Made by a program: the position numbers and the translations under genes | The notes under the pieces: model-generated | Told to the model about the DNA's origin: nothing | What the model saw: only the letters and a program-made list of their open reading frames with translations | Databases searched by the model: none | Origin: Candidatus Obscuribacteraceae bacterium | GTDB lineage: Bacteria > Cyanobacteriota > Vampirovibrionia > Obscuribacterales > Obscuribacteraceae | Reading direction: 5' to 3' | Assembly (NCBI GenBank): GCA_044229845.1 | Contig: JBGASG010000008.1 | Location: 96,001 to 160,000, forward strand | Length of the DNA stretch: 64,000 bases | Shown: positions 62,627 to 64,000 of the stretch, piece by piece | Layout: each line of letters opens with the position of its first letter | Position numbering within the stretch: the stretch's first letter is position 1

Positions 62627-63946
62627 ATGTCCAGCACGCTCGAAAAGCCAAGACCGGCAGCAGGCAGTGAAAAATCCAGTCACCCTCTGCGCGTCTTCCG
62701 CAATCCCAACTTTCGACTTTACTTCAGTGGTCAACTGATCTCGCAAGTGGGCACCTGGATGCAACAGGTGGCGCTGAGCTGGCTGGCGTACAAGCTCACA
62801 GGCTCGCCATTTATGCTGGCTGTGGTCGGCGTCTCCGGACAGCTTCCGTCGCTGGTGGCGATGCCTTTCGCGGGCGTTTTCGTGGATCGACTCAACCGCC
62901 ATAAGATTCTGGTAGCGACCTCCGTGCTCGCCATGGCGGAGGCAGCAATATTGACGGCACTGGTGCTCTCGCACATGATCCAGGTCTGGCACCTGGTGGT
63001 GCTCGGTATCGCCTCCGGTTTGATCACCGCCTTCGACATGCCGACGCGCACAGCGTTTGTGGTTGAGTTAACCGGCGACCGCGACGATCTGCCGACCTCA
63101 CTGGCTATGAACGCCGCGCTCATGAACATTACCAGGTTATTTGGACCGGCCCTGGCTGGTTTCATTGTCGCTGCAGCAGGCGAAGGTATCTGTTTCTTGA
63201 TCAATGCGGTCAGCTACATCGCGGTAATTGCGGCGCTTCTAGCAATCAATGGCGACTTCGCGCCGAAGGCAGACAAGCAGGCGAAGGTTTTGGACGAACT
63301 GAAGAGCGGCTTCAAGTACACATTCGAAACTCCTCCAATCCGGGCTCTGATCGTCTTGCAGGCGGCATTCGGACTGGGTGGCATGGCCTATGCCATGTTG
63401 ATGCCGGTTTTCGTGAAACAGATTGGTGGCAATGCCAACACACTGGGATATCTGATGGCAGCCTCCGCACTCGGTTCACTGGCAGGCAGCGCTGCTCTGG
63501 CTAGCAGAAAATCGGTGCTCGGGCTGGGACGCTGGGTAGTGGTGGCGTCATTCTGCTTCTCTATGGCGCTGATAGCGTTTTCGTTTACGCATGCTTTGAT
63601 ACCGGCGATGATGGCGCTCTCCGTGATCGGAGCCATGATGATGCTACAGATGGGCTCCGCCGGCACCATCATCCAGTCTATTGTCGAAGAGGACAAACGC
63701 GGTCGCGTCATGAGCCTGTTCACAATGGCTTTCCTGGGCACTGCGCCAATCGGGAGCTTGATCGCCGGAGCCCTCGCCGACCGCTTCGGCTTCCAGCACA
63801 CCATTCTTGGATGCGGCATCTACTGCTTGTTGGTGGCGATTGCATTCGTCACCCAACTGCCCAGACTGCGCCGCGAATCGAAACCCATCTACATTCAACG
63901 CGGACTGCTGAATGCCGAAGAAGAAGTCGACCTTTTGACGAGTTGA
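62627..63946 (+). CDS. MFS transporter (MFS_3/EntS-like)
   Basis: NFRLYFSGQLISQVGTWMQQVA, DRLNR, RGRVMS; about 12 hydrophobic segments. Confidence 0.93.
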   Translation: MSSTLEKPRPAAGSEKSSHPLRVFRNPNFRLYFSGQLISQVGTWMQQVALSWLAYKLTGSPFMLAVVGVSGQLPSLVAMPFAGVFVDRLNRHKILVATSVLAMAEAAILTALVLSHMIQVWHLVVLGIASGLITAFDMPTRTAFVVELTGDRDDLPTSLAMNAALMNITRLFGPALAGFIVAAAGEGICFLINAVSYIAVIAALLAINGDFAPKADKQAKVLDELKSGFKYTFETPPIRALIVLQAAFGLGGMAYAMLMPVFVKQIGGNANTLGYLMAASALGSLAGSAALASRKSVLGLGRWVVVASFCFSMALIAFSFTHALIPAMMALSVIGAMMMLQMGSAGTIIQSIVEEDKRGRVMSLFTMAFLGTAPIGSLIAGALADRFGFQHTILGCGIYCLLVAIAFVTQLPRLRRESKPIYIQRGLLNAEEEVDLLTS

Positions 63947-63972
63947 CGCGGCACCGGGGCTCCTGATTTTCC

Positions 63973-64000
63973 CTTAGGGCAAATCAACACTACTGTTGAT
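63973..64000. mobile_element. Left end of a second copy of the CTTAGGGCAAATCAACACT element (truncated by the window end)
   Basis: 19/19 match to the terminal inverted repeat at 24267-24285. Confidence 0.65.

Overview
A ~58% GC (by eye) bacterial chromosomal segment, mostly housekeeping genes: mqnD, murE, rpmA/rplU, ahpC-type peroxiredoxin, hemL, prs, mfd, mnmA, fadJ-like, nadE, hpf/lrtA, rsgA, typA. These are mixed with TPR proteins, a Ser/Thr kinase, an AsmA-like protein and an MFS transporter. Cyanobacteria-like core proteins, no photosynthesis genes in the window and a futalosine-pathway MqnD suggest a non-photosynthetic Cyanobacteriota (Vampirovibrionia/Melainabacteria, e.g. Obscuribacterales); this is an inference. 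I saw no tRNA, rRNA, CRISPR array or transposase. The most striking signals are non-coding. (i) Two separate intergenic arrays (7967-8099 and 36369-36501) share exactly the same geometry: three copies of TGTCAA-N17-TTGACA at a 52-bp pitch, with largely unrelated filler. (ii) An array of six 16-bp palindromes (consensus GNCCGCC-NN-GGCGGNC) lies in 31-32-bp register at 53317-53552. (iii) A MITE/REP-like element with 19-29-bp terminal inverted repeats occurs twice. An accessory-looking block at ~3.5-8.9 kb holds a long structured leader, an orphan VirB4-like ATPase, a PLD(HKD)-XRE-HTH fusion, the first 52-bp array and a histone-H1-like protein.
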